Part shown: positions 34,855 through 43,367 of the stretch, piece after piece
Layout of the letters: each line of letters opens with the position of its first letter
How positions within the stretch are numbered: the stretch's first letter is position 1
Origin: Rhodoblastus sp.
Lineage (GTDB): Bacteria; Pseudomonadota; Alphaproteobacteria; Rhizobiales; Beijerinckiaceae
DNA length: 64,000 nt
NCBI GenBank assembly: GCA_020442275.1
Contig: JAGRKN010000015.1
Location: 11,369 to 75,368, forward strand
Direction: 5' to 3'
Made by a program: the position numbers and the translations under genes
Notes under the pieces: model-generated
The model's input: the letters and a program-made list of their open reading frames with translations, nothing else
Told to the model about the DNA's origin: nothing
Databases searched by the model: none

Positions 34855-35306
34855 CTCTTGGTCCGGGATTTCTTGGGCTGCGGGGCGCGAGCGAAGGTGA
34901 CGAGGATTTTCGCGTGCGGCATCATGATTGCGAGGACGGCGCGCTTGAGCTGGCTCAGTTTTGTATCCGTGCCCTTCCAGTCTTCAACGCAATAGATGCC
35001 GGTTTCGACGTCGTCGTAGGTGTAATCGGCGATATAGGTCGCATGCGTTTTGCGGCCGAGCGCGCTCTCGATCATGAGAGGCTGTTCGCCGCAATAGAGC
35101 GGAAATCGCGTTTGGCGTTGGAGGTTGCGGATCGCGCCGGCCGTCTGAAGCATCGAGAGGGCGGCGAAACGGTTGTGCTCGCCCCTGGAATCGAAAGTGC
35201 CGAGCGCGCTGGTCGTGCGGACCGCGCCGAATTTGTTGCGCGGATTTTTCTTCCTGGCGGTGAGATCGCGGAATTCGGCGGCGCTCATGCGCTCCTGTGT
35301 GGTCAT
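34851..35306 (-). CDS. DUF1064-like protein (phage-type putative nuclease/resolvase), 151 aa
   Basis: ATG 35306 (MTTQERMSAAEF) overlaps the upstream stop as ATGA. The pattern NKFGAVRT..FDSRGEHNRF..L....GAIRNLQRQ..F.L...........YIADY matches my memory of DUF1064. The listed 430-aa ORF N-terminus is junk overlapping two genes. Confidence 0.7.
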   Translation of the reverse strand: MTTQERMSAAEFRDLTARKKNPRNKFGAVRTTSALGTFDSRGEHNRFAALSMLQTAGAIRNLQRQTRFPLYCGEQPLMIESALGRKTHATYIADYTYDDVETGIYCVEDWKGTDTKLSQLKRAVLAIMMPHAKILVTFARAPQPKKSRTKR

Positions 35307-35923
35307 CGCGCGTCGCGTTCCTTGAACAGCTTGCGACGATAGGCGCGCATGAGTTCTTCGGCGCGGTCGGCGGCAAGCGTGTCGTGCAGGATGTCGGAAC
35401 GCGAATTCGCGCGGATGTGGCGCAAGATGACTTCGATTGCCGCGAATTCGACGTCCTTCGGGTCGGCCCGTTCGCATTCGTCGATCAGCGCGCCGTCTTC
35501 GAGCGTGCGCAGATGGTCGATGAAGACGGGATCGCGGGTCAGCACGACCATGCGGCGCAGGACCTTCATCCGTTCTTCCGGGGTGACCGGAACGGTGGCG
35601 GTCGCGGAGTAGGGCGCAGGCTCGATGTCGATCGAGAAGGTTTCGCCATTCTTGGCGTAGGCGATCTCGTTGGGCAGGTCGCCCGGATTGATGAGAAGCT
35701 GGAGACCGATCTTTCCGGTGCCTCGGTCGAGGATCAGCATGCGCGTTGCGCGCAGCACGGCCGGTGGGCGGGAAGCGGTTTCGTGGACCGTGATGACGAA
35801 AGGCGTCTTGATCGGGCTCTTGATGAATTCTTCGGGCGGATCGGCTGGGTCGCATTCCCAGAGGAGTTGCTGGACGCCAGCGCCGATATCTTTGGTCTGA
35901 CGCTTGGTGACGGAGAAAGGCAT
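35303..35923 (-). CDS. Hypothetical protein (206 aa)
   Basis: Clean ORF, coupled on both sides (TAATG upstream, ATGA downstream). No recognised domain. Confidence 0.6.
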   Translation of the reverse strand: MPFSVTKRQTKDIGAGVQQLLWECDPADPPEEFIKSPIKTPFVITVHETASRPPAVLRATRMLILDRGTGKIGLQLLINPGDLPNEIAYAKNGETFSIDIEPAPYSATATVPVTPEERMKVLRRMVVLTRDPVFIDHLRTLEDGALIDECERADPKDVEFAAIEVILRHIRANSRSDILHDTLAADRAEELMRAYRRKLFKERDAR

Positions 35924-36426
35924 TACGTGAGCCTTCGGCGTAGGAAGGGAGGCAGCTCTTTTGGGGGCTGATGTGCAGGAGCAGGCTCAGAGGTCGGATA
36001 GAAAACAGATTGCGTGAAGATCGCGAGGTCCGGGTCGAAGGCCATCTCGGCAGGCTGAAGGGCGTCGGTGAGGTAGACGGTGGGACGCGTGATCCGGCAA
36101 TGTAGGACGGGGCGGCAGCCGTCGAGTTCCTCGACATCGGCATTCCACAGAAAGACGAAATCGGCTGGGCTCATCGGACCGAAGAAATCGCCTTTCGAAG
36201 ACGGGCGCCGCCACAGGCAAGCCCAGGTGGAATAATCGGGAAGAGCCGGCGCTGCGTGCGGGTTGGGATTTTCGAAAAGCAGAAGCTCCAGCTCGCTGGC
36301 GACTGGTTCGTCGTCGATCACGGCGCGCAAGGGGCCACAGAAGGCAAGATCGCGAATGGTCGAAACGCCACAGAGAAGACGCGCTTCGGGTATGCGACGA
36401 AACGAGAGTGGGATGTCGATGTTCAT
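35923..36426 (-). CDS. Hypothetical protein (167 aa)
   Basis: Coupled ORF (ATGA with the upstream gene). No recognised domain. Confidence 0.55.
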   Translation of the reverse strand: MNIDIPLSFRRIPEARLLCGVSTIRDLAFCGPLRAVIDDEPVASELELLLFENPNPHAAPALPDYSTWACLWRRPSSKGDFFGPMSPADFVFLWNADVEELDGCRPVLHCRITRPTVYLTDALQPAEMAFDPDLAIFTQSVFYPTSEPAPAHQPPKELPPFLRRRLT

Positions 36427-37157
36427 GTCAGCTCAATTCCGTTTGAGGCGGCGCGCGGCGAAGCAGGTCTGACATCCCGCGAATTTTGGATGGCCAGAGC
36501 GCCGAGGATGTCGAGCTGGCTCGGGCTTTGGCTACCGCTGATGAGCGAGGCGAGACGCATCTGTGAGGCGTTGGCGCGCTCTGGAGTAATCGCGCCTTCG
36601 ACTTGGTCGACGCGTGCGCTGGCCTCGGCAAGCGAGAGGGTGGGGCCGTCGACCGCGGGAGCGGCGATCTTTTTCGCGTCTGTGGGGGAGAGCGGCCTGA
36701 CGTCGGTCGACGGCAGGTCGCGGTCGGCGACCGGCTGGGTTTTCGTCTTAGCGAGAGACGGCGTGGCGTCGCGGTTCGGGCCGGCTGCGGGCGAAGCGTT
36801 TTCGCCCATGACGAAGTAGCGGGCGTCGTTGGATACGAAGGCGGCTGCCTTGTTCATGCCGGCGAAGGAAAGGACTGCCGAGACGCCCGTGAAAGCGGCG
36901 TTGGCGGTCTTGGCGGCGACGCTGTCGACGGCGTCGGTGTATTTGGTGGCGACGCCGCCAATGCGGGTGTCCGCGAATTTCTCGCCGGTGACGGTTTCGT
37001 AGACCGAGCCGCCGAGCGAGATGCCGTCGTAGGCAAGGAGTGCCCAGCCGGCGCCCGGTACAAGGCGCGACGCGATGCGGGTTCCCCAATGCGTTGCGAG
37101 CTGAGCGGCGCCGGCCTGCGCGGCGGCGCCGACGAGTTCCTGAGAGACGGTCGACAT
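36423..37157 (-). CDS. Hypothetical A/G/S-rich protein (244 aa)
   Basis: ORF in the same chain. Low-complexity composition with no domain recognised. Confidence 0.5.
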   Translation of the reverse strand: MSTVSQELVGAAAQAGAAQLATHWGTRIASRLVPGAGWALLAYDGISLGGSVYETVTGEKFADTRIGGVATKYTDAVDSVAAKTANAAFTGVSAVLSFAGMNKAAAFVSNDARYFVMGENASPAAGPNRDATPSLAKTKTQPVADRDLPSTDVRPLSPTDAKKIAAPAVDGPTLSLAEASARVDQVEGAITPERANASQMRLASLISGSQSPSQLDILGALAIQNSRDVRPASPRAASNGIELT

Positions 37158-37163
37158 TGGAGA

Positions 37164-37844
37164 TCAGCCTCGCTCGACGCCGGTGTCGCGTTTCAAGGGG
37201 ACGGAGGGAACGGCGCTGCGGGCGGCGTTCTGGACGTCGGACGCGGTCTTGCCGAGCTGGTCACGCGCCGTGGTTTCGGCATGCGCGGCCGGCGTGGCGC
37301 CGCCGAAGATCGGCTTCCTGGCGGCGCCTCCTGGCGCGCCGCCGGTCGGCGCGGGATGCGGCGAGCCGTGGCCGGAAGCGGGGGCGTTTGGATGCGGGCC
37401 GTGCGATGCGGCAGGCGAGGCGCCGGAACGGGCGGATCCCTTGCGGGAGAAGCCGTGATTGACGGCTCCGGCGAGGGCGTCGCCAACGTGGGTCTTCGCC
37501 ATATTGCCGACGGTTCTCGCGGCGCCAACCGTTTCGGAGGCGACCGAAGCGACGCTATAGGGATCTTGATTGTGCAGTCCGCCGGCGGCGAGCGCCTGGG
37601 AGCCTTTTGTGAGGCCGCCCATTGCTTCGCGCGCCGCATTGCCGATCCCGCTGTTGGCGAGCGGCCTTCTCGTGCGCTGGGCGGCCCAGTTTTCGACAAC
37701 GTCGGAGGCATTTTCGAGCGCGCGCTTGCCGTAGCTAGGCTTGGCAGGTGCGCCGGCAGGCGCGTGCGGGTCTGGGTGAGCGCCAGCGGCTCCCGAATGA
37801 GGAGCCTGTTGAGGGGGATGCGACGGATGAACGGGACGCGCCAT
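37164..37844 (-). CDS. Hypothetical H/P/A/G-rich protein (226 aa)
   Basis: ORF in the same chain. Strongly low-complexity, so coding status is less certain. Confidence 0.45.
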   Translation of the reverse strand: MARPVHPSHPPQQAPHSGAAGAHPDPHAPAGAPAKPSYGKRALENASDVVENWAAQRTRRPLANSGIGNAAREAMGGLTKGSQALAAGGLHNQDPYSVASVASETVGAARTVGNMAKTHVGDALAGAVNHGFSRKGSARSGASPAASHGPHPNAPASGHGSPHPAPTGGAPGGAARKPIFGGATPAAHAETTARDQLGKTASDVQNAARSAVPSVPLKRDTGVERG

Positions 37845-37897
37845 GGAAGCCTCCGTGGAAGAACGGAATTATATAGGAGGCCGAGGGGATTTCGTAG

Positions 37898-39658
37898 CTA
37901 GGGAAGCGGACTTTCGCCGCGCAGGAGGCGAGGCAGGAGCGTGTGGCGCGGCGAGGTCCGGTATCTGGTCAGCGCGCGGGCGAGCTGATTGGTTTGGTCG
38001 ATCAGCGTGCAATGGGTTTTGGCGCGCGTGATGCCGACGTTGACGAGGCTTCTCGTCAGCATGCGCTTGCCGGACGGGTGCAGGACGTTGATGACATACG
38101 GGTACTCGAGGCCCTGCGCTTTGTGAGCGGTGATGCAATAGGCCTTAGAAAGGGTCGAGGGCTGGAGCGAGGAATATTCGACGGTAGATCCGGCGTCGGT
38201 GACGACGGTCAGGCCGGAGGCGCCGATTTCGACGACGCGCCCGAGTTCGCCGTTCATGTAGTCGGAGACGCGGTCGTTGCGCATCTGCATGACGCGATCG
38301 CCGACGGCGTAGTCCGGGCGGCCGGTGATGGCGTCGTTGATCGCTTTGGCGCCGCCGGGCCCTTTGTGGGTGGCGGTGAGCACCTGGACATTGTCCGAAC
38401 CAACGAGCGAGACCGCCTTGCGCCAGGTCTCGAGCACGGCGCGCAGGGTTTCAGGCGTCGTCGTCGTCGGGACGTGGCTGAGATCTGAGCCGAAGATCGG
38501 CATTAGTCCGTCGAGGGCGCGACGTCCGGAGAGCGGAATGGTGCTGCCCGGGCCAGAGCGGTGGTTCGTCGCGAGGTGCGCGCGCGGGAAGGCGTCGGCG
38601 TCGAGCAGGCTGTGGATCGGCATGCCGCGGCCGATCGGCTCGAGTTGGCCGGGATCGCCGATTATGACGAGGCGGGTGGTTTGCGGCAGCGCCTCCAGGA
38701 GGGCGTGGAACAGCATGTTGTCGATCATGAAGGCTTCCTCGAGAAAGACGAGGTCGGCTTCGAAGGGATTGCTGGCGTCGTGGGTAAAGACGCCGTCGCG
38801 CCAGTCGAGAAACTTGTGGATCGTGTCGGCGGCGAGACCCGTTCGCGCATTGATGGCGCGTGCGATGCGGGCGGCGAGCGAGATGCAGACGACGTTCGCC
38901 TGATCGTTTGCGTCGAGGGTGAGAGAGGCAATGGCGGACAGGATAGAGGTTTTGCCGGAACCGGGGCCCCCGGTGACCAACGATGTCGGATTGGAAATAG
39001 CGGTGCGGACTGCTGCGATCTGGGAGGGATCGGGTGTGGTGCAGCCGGCGCGCGCGAGGGCAGCGATGATTTCGGCGTCCGAGGCGGTCAGCGGCGGAAT
39101 TATCGTCGAACGGCGGCGCGCGACAAGATCGGCGATACGCTGTTCTTCGCGCGCATGACGGCCAAGCGTGAGGCGCGGGATCGAGTCGACGGTGAATTCG
39201 ATGATGTCCTGCTGTGACAGCATGGTGCGGCAGGCAGCCTCGACGAGATCGAGGGGCAAGGTGGAGATCGCCCGGGCGCGGTGCACGGCGAGTCTTCGCT
39301 CGCAATAGAGGCTGCCGGAACGCGCTTCATCCTGAAGCACCTTGAGCAGCGCGGCCGACGCAAGGGTCGAGCGGTCTTTTTGTTGGCAGCGACGGAATAA
39401 AAAGACAGCTTGGTCGAAGGTGACGAGGTTCGTGTCCAGATAGAGCTTGAACGGATTGGTGGTCAAAATCCGGTTCAGGCTCGTTGGATATTCTTCCGTC
39501 AGGCGGGCGTGCGCGGCGGAGCCGAGGCCGGCGGCGAATAGCAGGATCGGGCGAACGTTTTCCGCAATCCAGGCGTCGGAGGGCCGCGTCCTGACGATGC
39601 CTCCGTGGGCATGGCGCCAATAAGCGTCGATGTCGCGGGGATCGAGACGGACGGTCAT
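37898..39658 (-). CDS. RecD/TraA-like SF1 helicase (AAA_30 plus UvrD_C_2-type C-terminus)
   Basis: Walker A TGGPGSGKTS, FLEEAFMIDN, RLVIIGDPGQLEPIG, ATNHRS, AYCITAHKAQGLEYPYV, VGITRAK. Confidence 0.85.
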   Translation of the reverse strand: MTVRLDPRDIDAYWRHAHGGIVRTRPSDAWIAENVRPILLFAAGLGSAAHARLTEEYPTSLNRILTTNPFKLYLDTNLVTFDQAVFLFRRCQQKDRSTLASAALLKVLQDEARSGSLYCERRLAVHRARAISTLPLDLVEAACRTMLSQQDIIEFTVDSIPRLTLGRHAREEQRIADLVARRRSTIIPPLTASDAEIIAALARAGCTTPDPSQIAAVRTAISNPTSLVTGGPGSGKTSILSAIASLTLDANDQANVVCISLAARIARAINARTGLAADTIHKFLDWRDGVFTHDASNPFEADLVFLEEAFMIDNMLFHALLEALPQTTRLVIIGDPGQLEPIGRGMPIHSLLDADAFPRAHLATNHRSGPGSTIPLSGRRALDGLMPIFGSDLSHVPTTTTPETLRAVLETWRKAVSLVGSDNVQVLTATHKGPGGAKAINDAITGRPDYAVGDRVMQMRNDRVSDYMNGELGRVVEIGASGLTVVTDAGSTVEYSSLQPSTLSKAYCITAHKAQGLEYPYVINVLHPSGKRMLTRSLVNVGITRAKTHCTLIDQTNQLARALTRYRTSPRHTLLPRLLRGESPLP

Positions 39659-39732
39659 GACGGAAATTCTATTCCTTTTGTCGGGGTGTGCCGTATCATC
39701 ATCCGATCAACGGAAGAAATGGGACCTCCCCA

Positions 39733-40014
39733 ATGACGGAGAAATCCGTGGACGAATACGTGGACATTGCGATCCGCTTTCAGCGGGATCAGGACTTCAG
39801 GCTGTACATCGTGCACATGAAGGCGAAGAAGAGCGAGATCGGCACGGAAAAGATGTTCGATCTGGTGCTGGCCGCGCTGGGCGCGTTCGAGAATTACGAG
39901 CAGCTGAGCAACGTCGACACGCAGCTCGATCGGCCGACGATCCTGGTCACGGGCGAGATGCTGCGGAATTTCGTTTTTCGTACATTGCATCCCGAGCTCG
40001 TGGGGGCCGCGTGA
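39733..40014 (+). CDS. Hypothetical protein (about 93 aa; start uncertain: 39688, 39733 or GTG 39745)
   Basis: Protein-like sequence begins at MTEKSVDEYVDIAIRF. The SD-like GGAG context is ACGGAGAAATCCGTG. Confidence 0.5.
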   Translation: MTEKSVDEYVDIAIRFQRDQDFRLYIVHMKAKKSEIGTEKMFDLVLAALGAFENYEQLSNVDTQLDRPTILVTGEMLRNFVFRTLHPELVGAA

Positions 40015-40328
40015 GCGGGCGCGGCAAGATAGGCGAGATCGCGCGGACGCTTCTGCCGGGTTCGCTGACGGACAAGCGTCAGTTCAAGGACGCGGTCGCG
40101 TTGGCGGTCGTCGCCGGCGTCGCGTTCGTTGCGTTTGAGGTGACGCGGTGGATCGGCATACGCGTCATGTTCTGGATCTGTGTTGTCGGCGTCGTGCTGA
40201 TCGGGTTGGGGCTTGCTGGCGCCCTGTTCGTTCAGATGGCGAATCCGGAGGCGCGCGAAGGGTTTGCGGCGTCCTGGCGAGCCTATAGGCGGGCGCGTCG
40301 TGGCGAGACGTCGTCCGACGACGTTTGA
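40011..40328 (+). CDS. Possible small membrane protein (105 aa, GTG start)
   Basis: GTGA overlap with the upstream gene. Two hydrophobic helices (AVALAVVAGVAFVAF, VMFWICVVGVVLIGLGLAGALFV). The listed 232-aa ORF (39630) has a junk-like N-terminus. Confidence 0.4.
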   Translation: MSGRGKIGEIARTLLPGSLTDKRQFKDAVALAVVAGVAFVAFEVTRWIGIRVMFWICVVGVVLIGLGLAGALFVQMANPEAREGFAASWRAYRRARRGETSSDDV

Positions 40329-40342
40329 GGGGTCATTGACCG

Positions 40343-40382
40343 AAAAAGAAAGAGCCCCGCTGCAGGGATGCGGCGGGGCTCT
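40343..40382. terminator. Bidirectional terminator hairpin between convergent genes
   Basis: AGAGCCCCGCTGCA (40351-40364) pairs with TGCGGCGGGGCTCT (40369-40382): 14 bp, 1 mismatch, GGGA loop. GAAAAAGAA precedes it on the plus strand, giving a U-rich tract for the minus-strand transcript. Confidence 0.6.
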
Positions 40383-40404
40383 CGTTGTTCGTGACGCTGT
40401 GCGT

Positions 40405-40791
40405 CTAGGTCGCCGGCTTGGCGGCGCGGCGACGGAACAGCGTGAAGAGAATGCCGGAAGCAGCGGCGATCGCGAGGCCGGCATGGGCGTTCCAGTGTCC
40501 CGTATTCCAGTGCTGGGGGACGGCGCCGGAGGCGAGGATGTAGCCGGCGAGCGTGATCAGGAAAGTGGTCGTGAAGGTCGCGATGCTGCCCGGGCACATG
40601 AAGCGCGGATTGGGAAGCGCGTTCAGGAGGTAGTACGTCGCCGCGGATGCCGCGATCGCCAGAAGCAGCGCCATCCAGTGGCGCTCGACGAAGTCGTAGC
40701 TGCCATAGAGGGCAAGCGCCGCGAAGGCGACGCCGACCAGTGCGGCGAAGGGATTGAAGATGAGGAGAAGCAAGAAACGCATAGGAGACAC
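40405..40791 (-). CDS. Integral membrane protein (128 aa, about 4 TM helices)
   Basis: Hydrophobic throughout. Lies downstream of the VirB6-like gene. Confidence 0.5.
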   Translation of the reverse strand: MSPMRFLLLLIFNPFAALVGVAFAALALYGSYDFVERHWMALLLAIAASAATYYLLNALPNPRFMCPGSIATFTTTFLITLAGYILASGAVPQHWNTGHWNAHAGLAIAAASGILFTLFRRRAAKPAT

Positions 40792-40798
40792 CGGTTGG

Positions 40799-41062
40799 TC
40801 AGGCGTGCGTCGCGAGCGCGAGCACGATCAGGGGGACGACGACGATGGCGATCTTCTTGAAGCGGTCCCAGGAAGCGCCAGGGGCGTTGATCGCGATGTA
40901 GGCGATGGCGGCGACGGCGAAGACCGAGAAGGGCGAGAAGGCGCCGGGATCGGCGAGGAGGTTGGCGAGCGTGTGAGGCAGGCCGGTGACGGTCGCGAGG
41001 ATCCAGCCGGGGAGGAGCTTGAGGGAGATCCAGGTGAGGAAAGCGTAGGCGATGATGTTCAT
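40799..41062 (-). CDS. Small integral membrane protein (87 aa, about 3 TM helices)
   Basis: Hydrophobic throughout. Preceded by an AT-richer 166-bp spacer. Confidence 0.5.
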   Translation of the reverse strand: MNIIAYAFLTWISLKLLPGWILATVTGLPHTLANLLADPGAFSPFSVFAVAAIAYIAINAPGASWDRFKKIAIVVVPLIVLALATHA

Positions 41063-41228
41063 GGTACCGACCCTTAGCAGGTTCTTCTTATCATTAGCCT
41101 AGCGTCGGCGAAGCGATGCTGGCTTGGCTTTGTTCTTGGCGCGGAGCGCTGATTTTTGCCGATCTTTTGGGAATCGACAGGCCAAAGGCCTAACGAAAAG
41201 TAAAGAAGACAGAATACGGAAAGGGGCG

Positions 41229-42242
41229 TCAGTGCGGCGACGGAGGCGACGCGTGATCGCCGTTTGAAGAGGCAGGGGAAGAAATTGGAGAATCCGGAGG
41301 TGTAGGCTTGAGCGCCTGCTTGATGAGGCCGGCGGCGCCGATCCACATGCCGACATTCGCGACGCTTGCGGCGCCGGGGATTTTGCTGAGAGGCGTGTTC
41401 TTCCAAAGGTTGTTGGTGCCGCGGAAGGCGGCGATGCCGCCACGCAGGACGGCGGGCGCGGCGAGAGCGCCGACCATCGCTGTCGCGATGACGGTACGGG
41501 TGAAGGTGGCGAGCGACGTCATGCCGCCGGCGGCGACGCCGAGGTTGGCGTAGGCGTAAGCCGAGAGTTCGGCGGCCGCGGTCGAGGCGGCGGTCATGAT
41601 GCGGCCGATCATCATGCCGGTGACGAAGGCGATGCCGGCGTAGGAGATCGCTTGAGCGACGCTTTCGGAGGAGACGGCGGTGGACATGCCGTCGATCGTG
41701 TTGGCGAGGCTGCCGACGGCGTCGGTGCAGAGCTTGGCGATCATCAGTCCTGCGGCGAGGAATGCGCCGAGCAGGGTGAATTTGATCGTCGCGTAGATGT
41801 AGCCCTTGATCGCGTTGTCGAAGATATGGCGGGTGTTCGGATAGACCGCACAATAGATGATGAAGGGGGCGAGCGCCGTGTAGATCGCCAGTCGAACGAT
41901 GACTTCGAAGACCTGCATGGCGACGACGATCATCGCGTAGGAAAAGACGAGAAGCGCGATCCAGGCGATGATTTTGACGGCGTAGGACACGGTGTAGGAG
42001 CGGGTCTCGTTGCCGCCGGCCTTCGTGTCGCCGATCTTCTTGAGTTTGGCGACCATCACGTAAATTTGGGTGTGGACCTTGCAGATCATCTGCACGACCT
42101 GCTGCTCGCCTTGTTGGACAAGCCCCGTCGCGCCGGTGATCGGCACGTTGCATTGCGAGGATGCCTGCGCGGCAGCGCTGGTCGTGGCGAGGAACGTCAG
42201 TCCGAAGACGAGCGCGATGATGACGGCGAGACGGTGCAGCAT
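41229..42242 (-). CDS. VirB6/TrbL-like T4SS inner-membrane protein
   Basis: Signal peptide, then multiple TM helices. The segment LAPFIIYCAVYPNTRHIFDNAIKGYIYATIK resembles the conserved VirB6/TrbL core (LaP.F......F..T...F..W). G/A-rich C-terminus. Confidence 0.6.
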   Translation of the reverse strand: MLHRLAVIIALVFGLTFLATTSAAAQASSQCNVPITGATGLVQQGEQQVVQMICKVHTQIYVMVAKLKKIGDTKAGGNETRSYTVSYAVKIIAWIALLVFSYAMIVVAMQVFEVIVRLAIYTALAPFIIYCAVYPNTRHIFDNAIKGYIYATIKFTLLGAFLAAGLMIAKLCTDAVGSLANTIDGMSTAVSSESVAQAISYAGIAFVTGMMIGRIMTAASTAAAELSAYAYANLGVAAGGMTSLATFTRTVIATAMVGALAAPAVLRGGIAAFRGTNNLWKNTPLSKIPGAASVANVGMWIGAAGLIKQALKPTPPDSPISSPASSNGDHASPPSPH

Positions 42243-42310
42243 GACGCGATGGTAGGAGCGCCGCGTCGATCGGTCTAGCTGCTACGGAGGAATAGCTGAC
42301 GGAAAATCCG

Positions 42311-43321
42311 TCAGCTGACGCCGAAGGCGCTCATCGCGATGGTCATGATCTGGTTGCCGAGATAGCCGCCGAGGCCGAGGGCCGGTCCGAGGGCATATTC
42401 CTGAATGATCGTCGTGTAGAGCGAACCGATCGATATGACCGACATGGCGATCGCGAAGCGAACCCACAGGGAGACGATCTGCTGCAGGCCGCCGTGCTGG
42501 GGAAGGAACAGCATGTGCTTGGTGGTCTGGATCGCCATGACGACCGCGAAGATTGCGGCGAACAGGCCGGCGACCTTGGTCGCGAGCTGGTCGGGGATGG
42601 CTGTGAACAGGCCGTTGATGAGCGAGAAGCCCTGTCCGACGGCGGTGCAGGCCCAGCACAGGTCGCCGATGTCGGGCTGGTCCATCGTGGTCTGGCCGGA
42701 GGCGCCGGCATTGGGGTTGGACGGATTGTTGGTTGGATTGTTGGTCTTCTGGCCTTCCTTGGTCTGGCTGCCGTTGCGAATTTTGTTGGCCATGTCGCAG
42801 ATCGACGTGCCATTGGAATCCTGGAAGCCCGAGCAGGAGCCGGAATTCAGCATCTTTTGGCAATTTCCGGTGCCGAGCTGGATGCAGGCTTCGATCATGG
42901 CGGAGTCGACGGGCTGGCCGTCGAATTTCTGGCCGCTCGCCTGCATTTGCTCGAGCTGCTTGACGGAGCCTGCGCCAGCGGCGCTGTTCGTGACGTTGAC
43001 CCAGACTTGAGCCTGCTCGTCGAGGCTCATGTTGGCATACTGGGAGGGCGTGAGCCCGTAGGACGCCAGATTGCTCTTGTTGATCTGAAATATCCCGGTG
43101 CAACAAGTGTCGTTGTAGATGCCGGAATTGCCTGAGCTCTCGAACATGCCGAGATTGCCGGCCTGGCTCATGATCGAGCCATTGTAGCCATTGGCGCGCT
43201 CGACTGCGGCCTGGATCTGGTCGGCGGTGTAGTTGGTGCGTGGCCCGAGCTGGCTCGCAAAGGCGGCCGGCGCGGAAAGCAGCGCCAGCAGGACGAAGAC
43301 GAATGCAAAAATGCGGCGCAC
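42311..43321 (-). CDS. Lytic transglycosylase (SLT/VirB1-like) domain fused to a C-terminal multi-TM domain
   Basis: Signal peptide, catalytic-Glu context MFESSGNSG, then CCTGIFQINKSNL and SQY. The central linker is N/P/T-rich and the last roughly 120 aa are hydrophobic. GTG start with a GGAG SD. Confidence 0.7.
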   Translation of the reverse strand: MRRIFAFVFVLLALLSAPAAFASQLGPRTNYTADQIQAAVERANGYNGSIMSQAGNLGMFESSGNSGIYNDTCCTGIFQINKSNLASYGLTPSQYANMSLDEQAQVWVNVTNSAAGAGSVKQLEQMQASGQKFDGQPVDSAMIEACIQLGTGNCQKMLNSGSCSGFQDSNGTSICDMANKIRNGSQTKEGQKTNNPTNNPSNPNAGASGQTTMDQPDIGDLCWACTAVGQGFSLINGLFTAIPDQLATKVAGLFAAIFAVVMAIQTTKHMLFLPQHGGLQQIVSLWVRFAIAMSVISIGSLYTTIIQEYALGPALGLGGYLGNQIMTIAMSAFGVS

Positions 43322-43367
43322 GGAAATCTCCGCGATAACGGAAGAACCGCGGGGTGGCGCGGAAGCG

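Noticed and set aside
39630-40328. 232-aa plus-strand ORF spanning both small plus-strand genes.
   Set aside because: Its first roughly 125 residues are Arg-rich and overlap the recD-like start region and the better-looking 39733-40014 ORF in another frame. Only the C-terminal membrane part (from GTG 40011) looks coding.
41063-41228. 166-bp lower-GC spacer downstream of the VirB6-like gene, considered as oriT, oriV or iterons.
   Set aside because: I found only a 5-bp AGGCC/GGCCT mini-hairpin and loose TTAGC repeats. There is no convincing iteron array, nick-site-like inverted repeat or DnaA-box cluster.
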